Part shown: positions 1 through 9,232 of the stretch, one piece after another | Layout of the letters: each line of letters begins with the position of its first letter | Position numbering within the stretch: the first letter of the stretch is position 1 | DNA from: an uncultured Candidatus Binatia bacterium | GTDB taxonomy: Bacteria > Desulfobacterota > Binatia > UBA9968 > JAJDTQ01 | Length of the DNA stretch: 64,000 nt | NCBI GenBank assembly: GCA_965215605.1 | Contig: OZ244070.1 | Coordinates: 544,001-608,000, forward strand | Direction: 5' to 3' | Position numbers and translations under genes: made by a program | Notes under the pieces: generated by a model | Told to the model about the DNA's origin: nothing | What the model saw: the letters and a program-made list of their open reading frames with translations, nothing else | Databases searched by the model: none

Positions 1-1
1 C

Positions 2-931
2 CGCATCGCCGACCGCACCGTGTTCGGGGACGACCCGCCGGTGTGTGTGCCGCCCCAGGACCGGAACTTCGGCATGGTGTTCCAGTCCTACGCCGTGTGG
101 CCGCACCTGACGGTGTTCGACAACGTGGCCCTGCCGCTCCGGGAGGGAGCCCAGAAGATCCCCCGCCAGCAGGTCGACGACCGGGTGCGGAACGCGCTCC
201 ACATGGTGCAGCTCGACGAGCAGACCGATCGCCCTTCCACGCTCCTGAGCGGCGGCCAGCAGCAACGGGTGGCGCTGGCCCGGGCCATCGCCGTGAACCC
301 CAAGGTGCTGCTCATGGACGAGCCCTTGAGCAACCTGGACGCACGCCTGCGCGAGGACGTGCGCGGCCGCATCCGCGACCTGGCCAAGCAACTCGGCGCC
401 ACCGTCCTCTACGTCACCCACGACCAGATCGAAGCCATGGCCATGGCCGACAAGATCGCCCTCATGAGCCTGGGCGAGTTGTTACAGTACGGCAGCCCCA
501 CGGACCTTTACCGCAGCCCCAACTGCACCGAGGTGGCCGAGTTCTTCGGCTCCGTGAACTGGCTCCCGGGCCGGCGCGTGGAGGACAACCTCGTGGAGAC
601 CCGCATCGGCCGCTTCCGCCCGTCGAGCGACGCCGATCCCGGCGCGGACGTGTTCGTCGGCTTCAGGCCCGAATGCATCCAGTACGCCGAGCCGTCAGAG
701 GAAGAGGGCGACAACACCTTCGCGGCGCGCCTGACCTCCAGCATTTTCCTCGGCGACCAGTTCGTCTACGACGCCACCGCCGGCGACATTCCGCTCACCG
801 GCAAGAGCCGCGCGGTGCCCACGACCCAAGGGGACATGCTCTCGCTCCGCGTGGCCCCCGAGGACGTCATGGTGTTTGCGGCTGACGAGAAGAACACGGC
901 CTTCGTGGACTCGGTGGGCAAGCAGGGCTAG
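2..931 (+). CDS. ABC transporter ATP-binding protein, FbpC/PotA-like (5' truncated by window edge)
   Basis: Q-loop FQSYAVWPHLTV, signature LSGGQQQRVALARA, Walker B LLMDEP, H-loop YVTHDQ; C-terminal TOBE-like region. Frame is open to the window start, so Walker A lies upstream. Confidence 0.93.
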   Translation, partial: RIADRTVFGDDPPVCVPPQDRNFGMVFQSYAVWPHLTVFDNVALPLREGAQKIPRQQVDDRVRNALHMVQLDEQTDRPSTLLSGGQQQRVALARAIAVNPKVLLMDEPLSNLDARLREDVRGRIRDLAKQLGATVLYVTHDQIEAMAMADKIALMSLGELLQYGSPTDLYRSPNCTEVAEFFGSVNWLPGRRVEDNLVETRIGRFRPSSDADPGADVFVGFRPECIQYAEPSEEEGDNTFAARLTSSIFLGDQFVYDATAGDIPLTGKSRAVPTTQGDMLSLRVAPEDVMVFAADEKNTAFVDSVGKQG

Positions 932-1040
932 CCTTGGTGCCGGCTCTCCGCCACTGACCACGCCGACCGGGCCGCCACCCCTTCCAGCGCGTACAGGTCC
1001 TCCAGCGTTGGTCAAGTCTTGATTCGACAAGGGACAATTA

Positions 1041-1058
1041 GACAAGTCATGACTTGTC
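1041..1058. promoter_or_regulatory. Perfect 18-bp palindrome, candidate operator
   Basis: GACAAGTCATGACTTGTC is its own reverse complement; it lies in an AT-richer intergenic patch with extra GACAA half-sites at 1026 and 1033. Confidence 0.5.
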
Positions 1059-1203
1059 GTAAATCCGGACCGGGCCCGGCGGAGCTGGCTTGGCGGCGGG
1101 TGAGCCCGAACCCGTACACGTCACCCGGCATGCGCTTGCAACGGCCTGGAAAATGGTACAAGGGTAGTCGGTGCCCCTAACTCAAACCCGAGGAGGAAAA
1201 CCG

Positions 1204-2310
1204 ATGCTCGATCTCAAGCGCAGAACCAGGTGGACCGTGACTCTGTGCACGGCCTTGTGTTCCCTGTTCCTGGCGGGAGCGGTCTTCGCGGCCGACGCGC
1301 CCAAGACCCTCAAGGAGCTGGTGGAGGGCGCGAAGAAGGAGACCACCCTCCGGGCCATGTGGTCTTCCCGCAGCCTCGACGGCAGCAAGGGCTTTTCGCA
1401 ACTGGTCGCCGCCATGAACAAGAAGTACGGCACCAACATCAAGCCGCAGTTCACGCCCGGTCCCAGCATGACCAAGATGATCGGCCGCCTCACCCGGGAA
1501 AAGAAGGCGGGCCAGCCGGCCAGCACCGACGTCCTTTGGAACAACTCGGGCGGCATGTTGAAGTCCAGCCAGACAGGATTGACGCGGTCCATGAACTGGA
1601 TGGCCTATCTGGACCGCCCCATGATAAAGGACGAGGGTTTCGATCCTCTGGCTCCGAAGGGCGTCGGACTGGCGTCGGCGTCCACCCTGGTGGGCATCAT
1701 GTACAACAGCGACATCGTCAAGGGCGACGACATCCCCAAGAGCATGAACGACGTCCTCCATCCCAAGTGGAAAGGCAAGATCGCTTCCACGCCCTATGCC
1801 GCCGGGCTGCGTGAGTTCGCCACCCCCACCCTGCTGGGGAGGGAAGTGATGATCGACTACGCCAAGAAGCTGTCCAAGCATGTCGGCGGCCTCATCCGGT
1901 GCGGCACGGTGGACCGCCTCACCAGCGGCGAGTTCGCCATGCTGGTGTTCAGTTGCGGCGACCAGTACGTGAACCAGGCCAAGCGCGACGGGCTGCCCCT
2001 GGGCTACTCGGTGGTGAACGAGGCGGTGGTGTCGCACACGCGCTACGGCGCCGTCCCGGTGCACTCCTCCGCGCCCAACGCCGCGGCCCTGTTCGTTGCC
2101 TACCTGCACACCAAGGAAGGACAGAAATGGATGTGGGAGGTCAACGGCTTCGACTTCCATCTCTATCCGGAGTCCCACGAACGGAAGATTCTGGCGGACG
2201 CCCGCGCCCGCGGCGCCAAGGTGGTGGTCAACTCGCCGCAGTGGCTGGGAAGCCAGAAGGACTACCGGAAGACCCGAAAAGAGATAGAGAAGATCCTGCA
2301 GGCCAAGTAG
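1204..2310 (+). CDS. ABC transporter extracellular solute-binding protein (AfuA/FbpA/PotD-like)
   Basis: GAGGAGG RBS before ATG 1204; Sec signal ending AVFA-ADAP; motifs IMYNSDIV, DVLHPKWKGKI, APNAAALFVAYL; lies between ATPase and permease. Confidence 0.88.
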   Translation: MLDLKRRTRWTVTLCTALCSLFLAGAVFAADAPKTLKELVEGAKKETTLRAMWSSRSLDGSKGFSQLVAAMNKKYGTNIKPQFTPGPSMTKMIGRLTREKKAGQPASTDVLWNNSGGMLKSSQTGLTRSMNWMAYLDRPMIKDEGFDPLAPKGVGLASASTLVGIMYNSDIVKGDDIPKSMNDVLHPKWKGKIASTPYAAGLREFATPTLLGREVMIDYAKKLSKHVGGLIRCGTVDRLTSGEFAMLVFSCGDQYVNQAKRDGLPLGYSVVNEAVVSHTRYGAVPVHSSAPNAAALFVAYLHTKEGQKWMWEVNGFDFHLYPESHERKILADARARGAKVVVNSPQWLGSQKDYRKTRKEIEKILQAK

Positions 2311-2334
2311 AGATCATTCCCGCAAACACCGACC

Positions 2335-2360
2335 GGGGCCGCCGCCGTGGCGGCGGCCCC
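2335..2360. other. GC-rich intercistronic hairpin (no U-tract)
   Basis: GGGGCCGCCGCC-GT-GGCGGCGGCCCC inverted repeat just after the SBP stop; a second imperfect stem spans ~2376-2429. Confidence 0.55.
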
Positions 2361-2454
2361 ATTCACCCACGGACAGGCCCCGGAAATCCCCGGTCGGGCA
2401 CCTCCGAGCACCGACCCCGCACCGGGGCCGTGAGCCTCAAAACGCGGCGTCCCT

Positions 2455-4194
2455 ATGGAAGCAGTCCTGAGACGACCCCTGCTCCGCGCGCTCCGCCCCA
2501 AGACATCGCCCTGGATGCTGGGGTTGGCCGTCGTGCCCATGTTCGTGATCGCGGTGCTGGTGGCCGTGCTGGTGTGGATCAGCTTCCAGACCGGCATGTT
2601 GGGAACGGCGGACGCCACCTACACGATCCGCAACTACTACGAGATCCTGGCCGATCCGTTCGTCGCCGAGGTCACCTACAACACCCTGATCTTTACCGTG
2701 GCCACGACGGTGGTGGCGCTGGCCATCGGCCTGCCCATCGCCTGGCTTACCGAACGCACCACCCTGCCCTACAAGGGGCTGGTCTACACCATCATGACCC
2801 TGGGCCTGCTGATTCCGGGCATCTACACCGCCATGGGGTGGACCTTCCTGGCGCACCAGCGCATCGGCTTCCTGAACCGCTGGCTGGTGAGCCTGTTCGG
2901 CCTGGAAGGAGGGCCCATCAACATCGCGACCCCGGTAGGCATGGGCTTCGTCCAGGGCCTCAGCCTGGCGGCGCTGGCGTTCATCCTCACCGCCCAGATG
3001 TTCCGGGCCATGAACCCGTCCCTGGAGGAGGCCGCCAAGATCCACGGCATGGGCTTCTTCGCCACCATGCGCCGGGTCACCCTGCCGCTGGCCTTCCCGG
3101 CCATTCTCGCCGCGGTCATCTACATGGCCACCATCGCCATCGCCACGTTCGACATCCCGGCCATCATCGGGCTCGGCAACCGCGTCTACATGCTCAGCAC
3201 CTTCGTCTACCTAAAGACCAATCCCGGCGACGACGAGTTCCCGGAGCACGGCATCACCGCGGCCCTGGGAGTGCTGATGATCGGCGTCGCGGTTCTGCTC
3301 ACCTGGTGGTACAGCTCGGTGCTGCGCCAGGGGCATCGCTACGAGGTGGTGACCGGCAAGGGCTACCGGCCCACCTTGATCGACTTGGGCAACTGGGGAC
3401 TGGTGGGCTGGGGCTTCATCGGGCTCTATATCCTGGCCTCGAAGCTGGTCCCGCTGCTGCTGATCGCGTACGTGGCCATGACCCCGTACCTGGCGCCGCC
3501 GTCATGGGCCATGCTCAACCGGGTCTCCTTTGCGGCGTTCTACAAAGTCGATTGGAGCCTCGTCTGGCGCGGCCTGGAGAACACCGCGCTGCTGGTGGCC
3601 GTGGTGCCGACGGTAACGCTGGTGGTGGCCTTCGCCATTTCCTGGCTCATCGTGCGCTCGGCCTCGCGCTACCGTTACGCCCTGGAGTTCGGGGCCTTCC
3701 TCCCTCACGCCCTGCCCGAGGTGATCCTGGCCATCGCCGCGCTGCTGGTGTCGCTGTTCGTGCTCAAGAACTTCATTCCGCTGTACGGCTCGGTCTGGCT
3801 GATCGCCATCGTCTACATGGTCTCACGGCTGGCCTTCGCCACCCGTGCGCTCAACAGCTCCCTGCTGCAGATTCACAAGGAGCTCGAAGAGGCCGCCTAT
3901 ACCGCGGGACTGTCCGCGGTGCGCACCTCCTGGCGGATCCTGGTGCCGCTGCTGCGCCCGACCATCCTGTCGGTGTGGATCTGGTCCGCCATCCTGGTGT
4001 ACCGGGAGCTCACGGTGGCGGTGTTCCTCATCAGCCACGACAACATCACCCTCCCGGCCGTCATCTGGAGCTACTGGTTCTCCGGCGCCACCAACCTGGC
4101 GGCAGCCGTCACCTTGGTGCTCACCGCGGTGCTGACACCGTTGATCCTCGTGTTCTGGTGGTTCGGCCGGCGCTCGCTCATGCCGGAATCGTGA
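2455..4194 (+). CDS. ABC transporter permease, FbpB-type (two fused TM domains)
   Basis: ~12 hydrophobic segments and two EAA loops (SLEEAAKIHGM; ELEEAAYTAGL). Confidence 0.92.
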   Translation: MEAVLRRPLLRALRPKTSPWMLGLAVVPMFVIAVLVAVLVWISFQTGMLGTADATYTIRNYYEILADPFVAEVTYNTLIFTVATTVVALAIGLPIAWLTERTTLPYKGLVYTIMTLGLLIPGIYTAMGWTFLAHQRIGFLNRWLVSLFGLEGGPINIATPVGMGFVQGLSLAALAFILTAQMFRAMNPSLEEAAKIHGMGFFATMRRVTLPLAFPAILAAVIYMATIAIATFDIPAIIGLGNRVYMLSTFVYLKTNPGDDEFPEHGITAALGVLMIGVAVLLTWWYSSVLRQGHRYEVVTGKGYRPTLIDLGNWGLVGWGFIGLYILASKLVPLLLIAYVAMTPYLAPPSWAMLNRVSFAAFYKVDWSLVWRGLENTALLVAVVPTVTLVVAFAISWLIVRSASRYRYALEFGAFLPHALPEVILAIAALLVSLFVLKNFIPLYGSVWLIAIVYMVSRLAFATRALNSSLLQIHKELEEAAYTAGLSAVRTSWRILVPLLRPTILSVWIWSAILVYRELTVAVFLISHDNITLPAVIWSYWFSGATNLAAAVTLVLTAVLTPLILVFWWFGRRSLMPES

Positions 4195-4266
4195 AACCGC
4201 GTCGGCTGTCGAAACCCGCAGCACGATCACAACTTGTGCGGCCCGGACTTGCCTGAGGAAGCGAAA

Positions 4267-6516
4267 ATGCCGGATACGAAGATCGTCGGCGCCGCGGTGC
4301 TGCGCGCCGAGGGCCCGGACAAGGTCACCGGACGCACCCGCTACGCCGCGGACATCCCGCGCGAGGGGATGCTCTGGGGCAAGATCCTGCGGAGCCCGCA
4401 CCCCCACGCGCGCATCCGCTCCATCGACGCGAGCCGGGCGCGGAACGCGCCCGGGGTCCGGGCCGTGGTTACGGGACTGGACGTCCCCAACCGCTTCATG
4501 GGCAAGCAGATCCGGGACCTGCCGGTGCTGTGCTGGGACCGGGTGCGGTATGTTGGCGACCGGGTGGCGGCGGCGGCGGCGGATACACCCGAGGCGGCGG
4601 AAGCCGCCCTGGCCCTCATCGAAGTGGACTACGAGATCCTGCCGGCGGTATTCGACCCCGTTGCAGCCACCGGGCCCGGTGCGCCGCTGCTGCACGACGA
4701 CGTCGCCGCCTACGACGGCGCGCCCCACGAACGTCTGGCCACGGACGTGCGCAACGGCCTCACCCGGCTGGCCTGGAGCAAGGGCGACGTGGAGCGCGGG
4801 TTCCGTGAGGCCGACGTTACCCTGGAGCACACCTTTCGAGTGCCCGCCCGGCATCAGGGCTACCTGGAACCCCATGCCGGGCTGCTGTCCATGGATCCCG
4901 ACGGGCGCGTCCAGGTTTGGGCCTCCACCAAGGACCCCTTCCGCACCCGCCGGATGCTAGCCGACACGCTGGGCATGGAGCACGCGCGCGTCCGCGTCCA
5001 TTCCGTGAACGTCGGCGGCGAGTTCGGCGGCAAGGGGGACGCGCGCGACCTGCCCGTGGCCTACTTCCTGGCGCGCGAATCCGGGCGGCCGGTGAAGATC
5101 GTCATGACCTACGCGGAAGAGCTCACCGCCAGCAACCCCGACGAGGCCACGGTGGTTACCGTCCGCACCGGAGTCAAGCGCGACGGCCGCATCGTCGCAC
5201 GGCGCATGAAGGCGTGGCACGCGGGCGGCGCCTACGGAGGCCTCAAGGCTAGCGCTTCCTTCGCCACCTGGCACTACGTCGGCGGCCTCTACCGGGTGGA
5301 GAACGCGGCGTTCGAGTTCCTCCAGATCTACACCAACACCACTCCAGGAGGCTATTACCGCAGCCCCGGCTCCATCCCCAACTTCTTTGCGCTGGAATCC
5401 CACACCGACCTCATCGCCCGGGAACTGGGCATGGACCCGGGGGAGTTCCGGCTCCGGAACGTGCTGCGCGACAACGAGGCGGACGCCATCGGCAAGCGGC
5501 TCCCCGGCCTCCGCATACATCCGGTGCTTTCGCGGGCGTTGGAGGCGGCAAACTGGAGCGGACCGAGGCCCGGCCCCAACCGCGGCCGCGGCGTGGCCAT
5601 CTACGGACGGCACATCTCCGGCGGCGAGACCGGCATCGCCGTCACGGCCGAGGCCGACGGCACGCTCACGGTGCTGAGCCCCACCGTGGACCAGGGGACC
5701 GGAACCCACACCATCCTGCGCCAGCTCGTGGCTGAGCGCATGCAGGTGGCCTTGGAGCAGGTCCGGGTGGTCACCGGCGACACCGACATCGCCCCCTACG
5801 ACACCGGTGCCAGGGCCAGCCGCGTCACCTACACCGCCGGACAGGCCGTGGAGAAGGCCTGCGACGGGCTGGAAGCCAAGCTCGCCGGCTACGCCGCCCG
5901 GATGCTGGAGTGCGAGCCATCGGAAGTGGTCTACCGAGACGGCGCCTTTGCGCTGCTCACCGATTCGGGACAGACTCTCACTCTGGCGCAGGTTGCGGCT
6001 CGATACCCGGACGACCGCACCGTAACCGTGCAGGAGGATTTCCGTTACCCGGACGAGATCACCTACGTGTGTGCCCAGGTGGCGGAGGTGGAAGTGGACC
6101 CCCAGACCGGAGCCACCCGCGTTGATCGCATCGTCACCGCCCACGATGTCGGCACGGTCATCAACCCCGTCACCCATCAGGGGCAGATCGACGGCGGCGT
6201 CGTCATGGGCGTGGGGCAAGCCGTCATGGAAGAGCTCGCGCTGGACAACGGCAAGATCGTCAACGCCAACCTGGGCGAATACAAGCTGCCCGGCATCCGC
6301 GACATCCCGGCGCTGGAGACGGTCCTGGTGAGTTCGGAAGGCGGGCTGGCGCCGCACGGCGGCAGGGCCATCGGAGAGTTCGCCAACAACGCACCGCCGG
6401 CCGCCATTGCCAACGCCGTGGCCGACGCGGTGGGCGTGCGCGTCTACGATATTCCGGTAACCGCGGAGAAAGTGTACATTGGGCTGAAAGCGAATTCCGG
6501 GTCGACTCCGGAATGA
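4267..6516 (+). CDS. Xanthine dehydrogenase/CoxL-family molybdopterin-binding large subunit
   Basis: KVTGRTRYAAD, LRSPHPHARI, HQGYLEPH, VGGEFGGK, DQGTG, HDVGTVINP, GQIDGG, GRAIGE, AIANAVADA motifs. Confidence 0.92.
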   Translation: MPDTKIVGAAVLRAEGPDKVTGRTRYAADIPREGMLWGKILRSPHPHARIRSIDASRARNAPGVRAVVTGLDVPNRFMGKQIRDLPVLCWDRVRYVGDRVAAAAADTPEAAEAALALIEVDYEILPAVFDPVAATGPGAPLLHDDVAAYDGAPHERLATDVRNGLTRLAWSKGDVERGFREADVTLEHTFRVPARHQGYLEPHAGLLSMDPDGRVQVWASTKDPFRTRRMLADTLGMEHARVRVHSVNVGGEFGGKGDARDLPVAYFLARESGRPVKIVMTYAEELTASNPDEATVVTVRTGVKRDGRIVARRMKAWHAGGAYGGLKASASFATWHYVGGLYRVENAAFEFLQIYTNTTPGGYYRSPGSIPNFFALESHTDLIARELGMDPGEFRLRNVLRDNEADAIGKRLPGLRIHPVLSRALEAANWSGPRPGPNRGRGVAIYGRHISGGETGIAVTAEADGTLTVLSPTVDQGTGTHTILRQLVAERMQVALEQVRVVTGDTDIAPYDTGARASRVTYTAGQAVEKACDGLEAKLAGYAARMLECEPSEVVYRDGAFALLTDSGQTLTLAQVAARYPDDRTVTVQEDFRYPDEITYVCAQVAEVEVDPQTGATRVDRIVTAHDVGTVINPVTHQGQIDGGVVMGVGQAVMEELALDNGKIVNANLGEYKLPGIRDIPALETVLVSSEGGLAPHGGRAIGEFANNAPPAAIANAVADAVGVRVYDIPVTAEKVYIGLKANSGSTPE

Positions 6517-6519
6517 CCG
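6492..6519 (-). repeat. CGTC/GGTC-type REP-like palindrome overlapping the 3' end of the Mo-subunit gene
   Basis: Minus strand reads GGTCATTCCGGAGTCGACCCGGAATTC, with stem ATTCCGG/CCGGAAT; resembles the element at 49914. Confidence 0.45.
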
Positions 6520-6584
6520 TTTGAAGCACGTTCATCGTGCGGCAACGGCCGGCCGGGCGATCCGGCTGCAGATGGAGGGTCGAA

Positions 6585-7331
6585 ATGCTGGAAGGCAAAG
6601 TGGTCGTGGTCACGGGGGGCGGCAAGGGCATCGGACGCCATGCCGCGCTGACGTTCGCACGGGCGAAGGCCAAGGTCGTCATCATCGACGTGAGCCAGGA
6701 ATGGCTCGACAAGACCGGCCCCGAGTTGGGAGAGCTGACCGATGCCCTGGGCATCAACGCGGACGTGCGGGACGAAAAGGCGGTGCGACGGGCGTTCGAC
6801 GAGGTGGTCTACCGGTTCGGGCACATCGACGTGCTGGTGAACGACGCCGCCATCGTGCCCCATTTCGCCTGGGGCACCCCCCGCTGGCCGCTGGTCCGGG
6901 ACATGGACGTGAATTTCTGGGACAAGGTCATCCAGACCAATCTGGGCGGCACCTTCCTGTGCTCGAAGCACGCCCTGGCCCACATGGAAAAACGCCGCTC
7001 CGGGCACATCGTCAACCTTTACGGCGGCGGCGGCACCACCCCCGGCGGGGCCTGCGCGTATGTGGTCACCAAGGACGCCATCTGGACCTTCAGCCGTTAT
7101 CTGGCTGAGGAAGTGCGGGAATCCAACGTGTGCGTGGTGACCTTTTCGCCACGAGTCGCCATCGTCACCGAGGGCGCGCCGGAGGAGGCCCACGGGCGCC
7201 TGCCCAGCCCGGAAGTCCTGGGACAGGGTTTCGTGCTGGCAGCCCAGGCGCCCATGGACGATTCCGGGAAATGTTTCTACTACGAGGACGGCAAGCTCGT
7301 CCCTTCCAAGGACGGGAGATACGACGAGTAG
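6585..7331 (+). CDS. Short-chain dehydrogenase/reductase (SDR)
   Basis: TGGGKGIG Rossmann motif, DVLVNDAA, catalytic YVVTK (YxxxK); GGAGG RBS before ATG 6585. Confidence 0.92.
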   Translation: MLEGKVVVVTGGGKGIGRHAALTFARAKAKVVIIDVSQEWLDKTGPELGELTDALGINADVRDEKAVRRAFDEVVYRFGHIDVLVNDAAIVPHFAWGTPRWPLVRDMDVNFWDKVIQTNLGGTFLCSKHALAHMEKRRSGHIVNLYGGGGTTPGGACAYVVTKDAIWTFSRYLAEEVRESNVCVVTFSPRVAIVTEGAPEEAHGRLPSPEVLGQGFVLAAQAPMDDSGKCFYYEDGKLVPSKDGRYDE

Positions 7332-7405
7332 CGGAGAGATCTTCGAGCTCGTGAAAGGCAAGTCCCCGCGGCATCACGTCGCCGGGAATCGGCCAGCGAG
7401 AGACG

Positions 7406-8257
7406 ATGAGAAAATCCGATCAGAAGCAACGCGCCGAAACCTTCGCGGCGATGCACGAAGGCAATGAACTCATCGTCCTGCCCAATGCGTGGGACGCCGT
7501 CAGTGCGTGCGTCCTGGTGGAAGCAGGTTTCGCCGCCGTGGCCACCACCAGCGGCGGCTGTGCGTTCGCACTCGGATACCGCGACGGCGAGAATATCTCC
7601 TTGCGGGAGATGGCGGGTGCAGTGCGCCGTATCGCCAACGCCGTGCCCGTTCCGGTCTCGGCGGATATGGAAGCGGGTTACGGTCCCGCGCCGGAGAACG
7701 TGGCGGAAACGACACGCCGGACCCTCGCAGCCGGGGCGGTGGGGATGAACATCGAGGACAGTGACAGGCGGAACCCGGGACACCTTATCGAGCTCGCGGC
7801 GGCGGTGGAACGCATCCGCGCGGCCCGCGCGGTCGCCGATTCGGCGGGCATTCCGATGGTCATCAATGCCCGCACCGACGGATTTCGCCATGGTGACGGC
7901 GAGGACGTGTTTTCCGAGACGGTCCGCCGTGCCAACGCCTACCTCCAGGCCGGCGCCCGTTGTGCGTTCGTGCCGTTCATCAGCGACGGCGCGCTGATCG
8001 GCCGGCTGGCCGCTGCCATCGACGGACCGATGAATGTGCTGGCCGGCGCCAGCACTCCGCCGGTTCCGAAGCTTCGTGACCTGGGTGTCAGGCGGGTGAC
8101 CGTCGGCAGCAACCTTGCCAAGGCGGCGATGTCGCTGGTGCGGAAGGCTGCCGATGAGTTGCGTGGACCGGGCACCTTCGAATTTGCCCGCGACGTTTAC
8201 ACGCAAGCCGACATCCACCGAATCCTGACCAGCCCGGGCGCGAAGGACGCGCCCTAA
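7406..8257 (+). CDS. Isocitrate lyase/PEP mutase family protein
   Basis: PNAWDAVSA, ATTSGG, SADMEAGYG, GMNIED, INARTD motifs; lacks the KKCGH loop of ICL/PrpB. Confidence 0.88.
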   Translation: MRKSDQKQRAETFAAMHEGNELIVLPNAWDAVSACVLVEAGFAAVATTSGGCAFALGYRDGENISLREMAGAVRRIANAVPVPVSADMEAGYGPAPENVAETTRRTLAAGAVGMNIEDSDRRNPGHLIELAAAVERIRAARAVADSAGIPMVINARTDGFRHGDGEDVFSETVRRANAYLQAGARCAFVPFISDGALIGRLAAAIDGPMNVLAGASTPPVPKLRDLGVRRVTVGSNLAKAAMSLVRKAADELRGPGTFEFARDVYTQADIHRILTSPGAKDAP

Positions 8258-9201
8258 CCCATTCTGGCCAGCGAGCCGTCGGCGGGGCCGAGGGCGGCCA
8301 CCATCTCGGAATAGGAAGCGAGCCCGAAACGGCTCTCCATGGCCTCACGCCAGATGCCGTCCAGGGCTGCCCGCACGTCCATCGGCAGCCTGTCCACGTG
8401 GTCGCCCACCCGGCCGCTCCTCAACTTGGACGATGCGCCTCCGGGCGGAAGGCCGTTGGCGGCATTTCGGGCGGCGCGCAACACGTGGTCGTCGAACTGG
8501 GTCCCGTGCGCTTTCATGAAACCAATCGAGGATTGGCGGACCACAATCTCCAGCAGCTCGTCGTCAAGCGGACAGCCAATGAACCCGGCGATGCGCCGCA
8601 CGGTTCCGGGCACGTCCGCCAGGGCCGACTCGTAGCTCAGCATCAACACGTCCTCGCGGCCGCGTTGCGGCCACCACGAGGCCACGTGTTTCCAGTAGCC
8701 ACGGTCCCGCTCCGGCGCCAGAAAGAAATTCCGGGAATAGTCCTCCAGGGTGATGGCCCCGGCCTCGAAACGCCAGCCTTCGTGGAAGTGGTACAAGGAC
8801 ACCAGCACATCCCCTGGGTCCCGGACCATGGTGATGTAACGGCCCCCCTTGGGAACGTCGTGCCAGCTCAGGTGGCTCTTGAAGGCCCGAGGCTCGGCCG
8901 CCTGTGGCGCGTCGGGGTCGATGCCGAGGTCCAGCGCCAGCTCGAGCCACGGCACCACAAGGGTGATCTCCTCGAAGTCCATGGAGCCCCGGGTCCTGAG
9001 CCCGTGGACGATCTGTTGCAGCCAAGTGGTGCCGCACTTGGGGAAGGTGGCGATAAGAACGTCGGCGGGTTTCGGGCGGAACGCCAGCGCCGCGGCCCGG
9101 CTGGCCGCGCTGCCGATGCCGCCCCGGAAGGAGCTCATCTCCGCAACCGACCGGGCACGCCTGAGAACAGGCGGCGCCCGGTCCGGGTCGTGGTTCACCA
9201 T
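8254..9201 (-). CDS. PAPS-dependent sulfotransferase (Sulfotransfer_1 family)
   Basis: 5'-PSB loop TFPKCGTTW, catalytic KSHL, 3'-PB motif RDPGDVLVSLY, C-terminal RSGRVGD. Confidence 0.9.
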   Translation of the reverse strand: MVNHDPDRAPPVLRRARSVAEMSSFRGGIGSAASRAAALAFRPKPADVLIATFPKCGTTWLQQIVHGLRTRGSMDFEEITLVVPWLELALDLGIDPDAPQAAEPRAFKSHLSWHDVPKGGRYITMVRDPGDVLVSLYHFHEGWRFEAGAITLEDYSRNFFLAPERDRGYWKHVASWWPQRGREDVLMLSYESALADVPGTVRRIAGFIGCPLDDELLEIVVRQSSIGFMKAHGTQFDDHVLRAARNAANGLPPGGASSKLRSGRVGDHVDRLPMDVRAALDGIWREAMESRFGLASYSEMVAALGPADGSLARMG

Positions 9202-9232
9202 ACGCTGAACGGCGGCGCCGCCCTCGGCCGCG

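Noticed and set aside
928-1008. Minus-strand peptide TLEDLYALEGVAARSAWSVAES, faintly like Uma2 or Phd N-termini
   Set aside because: Too short, with no start codon or RBS; cannot be supported without a search.
1899-4256. 785-aa alternate-frame ORF and similar long overlapping ORFs (18187..20517, 24267..26363, 43993..45945)
   Set aside because: Low-complexity shadow ORFs overlapping well-supported genes.
4267-6516. Aerobic CO dehydrogenase (coxL form I)
   Set aside because: Lacks AYXCSFR (has GYYRSPG); no coxMS or accessory genes.
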